From contig CM075991.1 in NCBI GenBank assembly GCA_038087875.1, positions 1,426,001-1,490,000 on the forward strand: a DNA stretch of 64,000 nucleotides, in the 5' to 3' direction. Position 1 is the stretch's first letter. The number at the start of each line of letters is the position of its first letter. Origin of the DNA: Malacoraja senta (lineage: Eukaryota). The notes under the pieces are model-generated. The model was not told where the DNA came from. It made no database searches and saw only the letters and a list, made by a program, of their open reading frames with translations. A program made the position numbers and the translations under genes. Positions 63,371 to 64,000 of the stretch are shown here, in pieces.

Positions 63371-64000
63371 TAAGTGCATGGGAATAGCGTAGATCAGGGG
63401 AGCCGTGACCAGCTGCGTCAGTCGTTGTCCAGCCCACGACACAAAAAGCCGGAGTAACATCCAATTTCCTCTCTGTGTCTGTGGACCGACTCCAAGCACC
63501 AGAGGTTGCAGAGTAGTTGAATGGCATTTACTGCATAATTCCTGAGGTTATTCTTTGTAAAGTGAAGGAATAAGTTAATCTCTACAAGTTTCATTGCTTC
63601 TCGAGGCGCTGCTGGTGTGGTTACTTGTGCACCCTGGGATGCTGCTGGCGTGGCGACTGGGGGGGGGAAGCGGAGAGAGGCCTGGGGAGGGGAGAGGGGG
63701 GGAGATGAGGGGGAGAGGGGGCGGTGAGAGGAGGGGGAGAGAGGAGGGGGGAGAGGGGGGGGAGAGGGGGAAGAGGAGGGGGGCAGAGGAGGGGGGGAGA
63801 GGAGGGAGGGGGTAGCAGCAGGCAGAAGGGAGCGGGCAGTGGGGAGCGGGCATCAATCAGAGGAGGGCAAGATGGGGGGGGGTGACGAGACTCGCAGCAT
63901 GAGCAAGATGGCGCAGACTTCAAAGTTTGTCAGAGTTTTGAAGATTTTCATTAATAACGAGAAATAAAGCATGAAATTTGCAAATAAGGCGCTTTGGACT

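Noticed and set aside
63640..64000. G-rich tract and possible start of another DNA transposon/Helitron
   Set aside because: Truncated by the window edge; no terminus visible

Overview
Eukaryotic, repeat-dense genomic DNA, most likely from a cartilaginous fish (skate/ray). This is inferred from an HE1/V-SINE, DeuSINEs and abundant CR1 elements with (CTATGTTT)n tails. The host content is a tandem array of single-coding-exon ITPRIP/ITPRIPL-like genes (TM + Mab-21/cGAS-like fold) on the minus strand: an intact 531-aa copy (44017-45612) and a frameshifted copy (18502-20115). There are also duplicated CpG-rich candidate first exons and an orphan, partly duplicated TDP2-like exon 1 (54793-54948). 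Two segmental duplications (about 2984-20230 vs 27608-45730, and about 49990-54840 vs 57250-63203) provide filled/empty site comparisons. These resolve nested insertions of L1/Tx1, CR1, Rex1/Babar, Penelope-like, Gypsy, hAT, Harbinger and Helitron elements. Highlights: a 6.5-kb non-autonomous Helitron built almost entirely of tandem arrays and inserted at A|T with no TSD; two independent insertions of a 36-bp palindromic micro-transposon with 8-bp TSDs; a 1-kb Gypsy reduced to LTR-PBS-RT; hammerhead-like motifs at Penelope ends. All comparisons were made by eye, with no database search.
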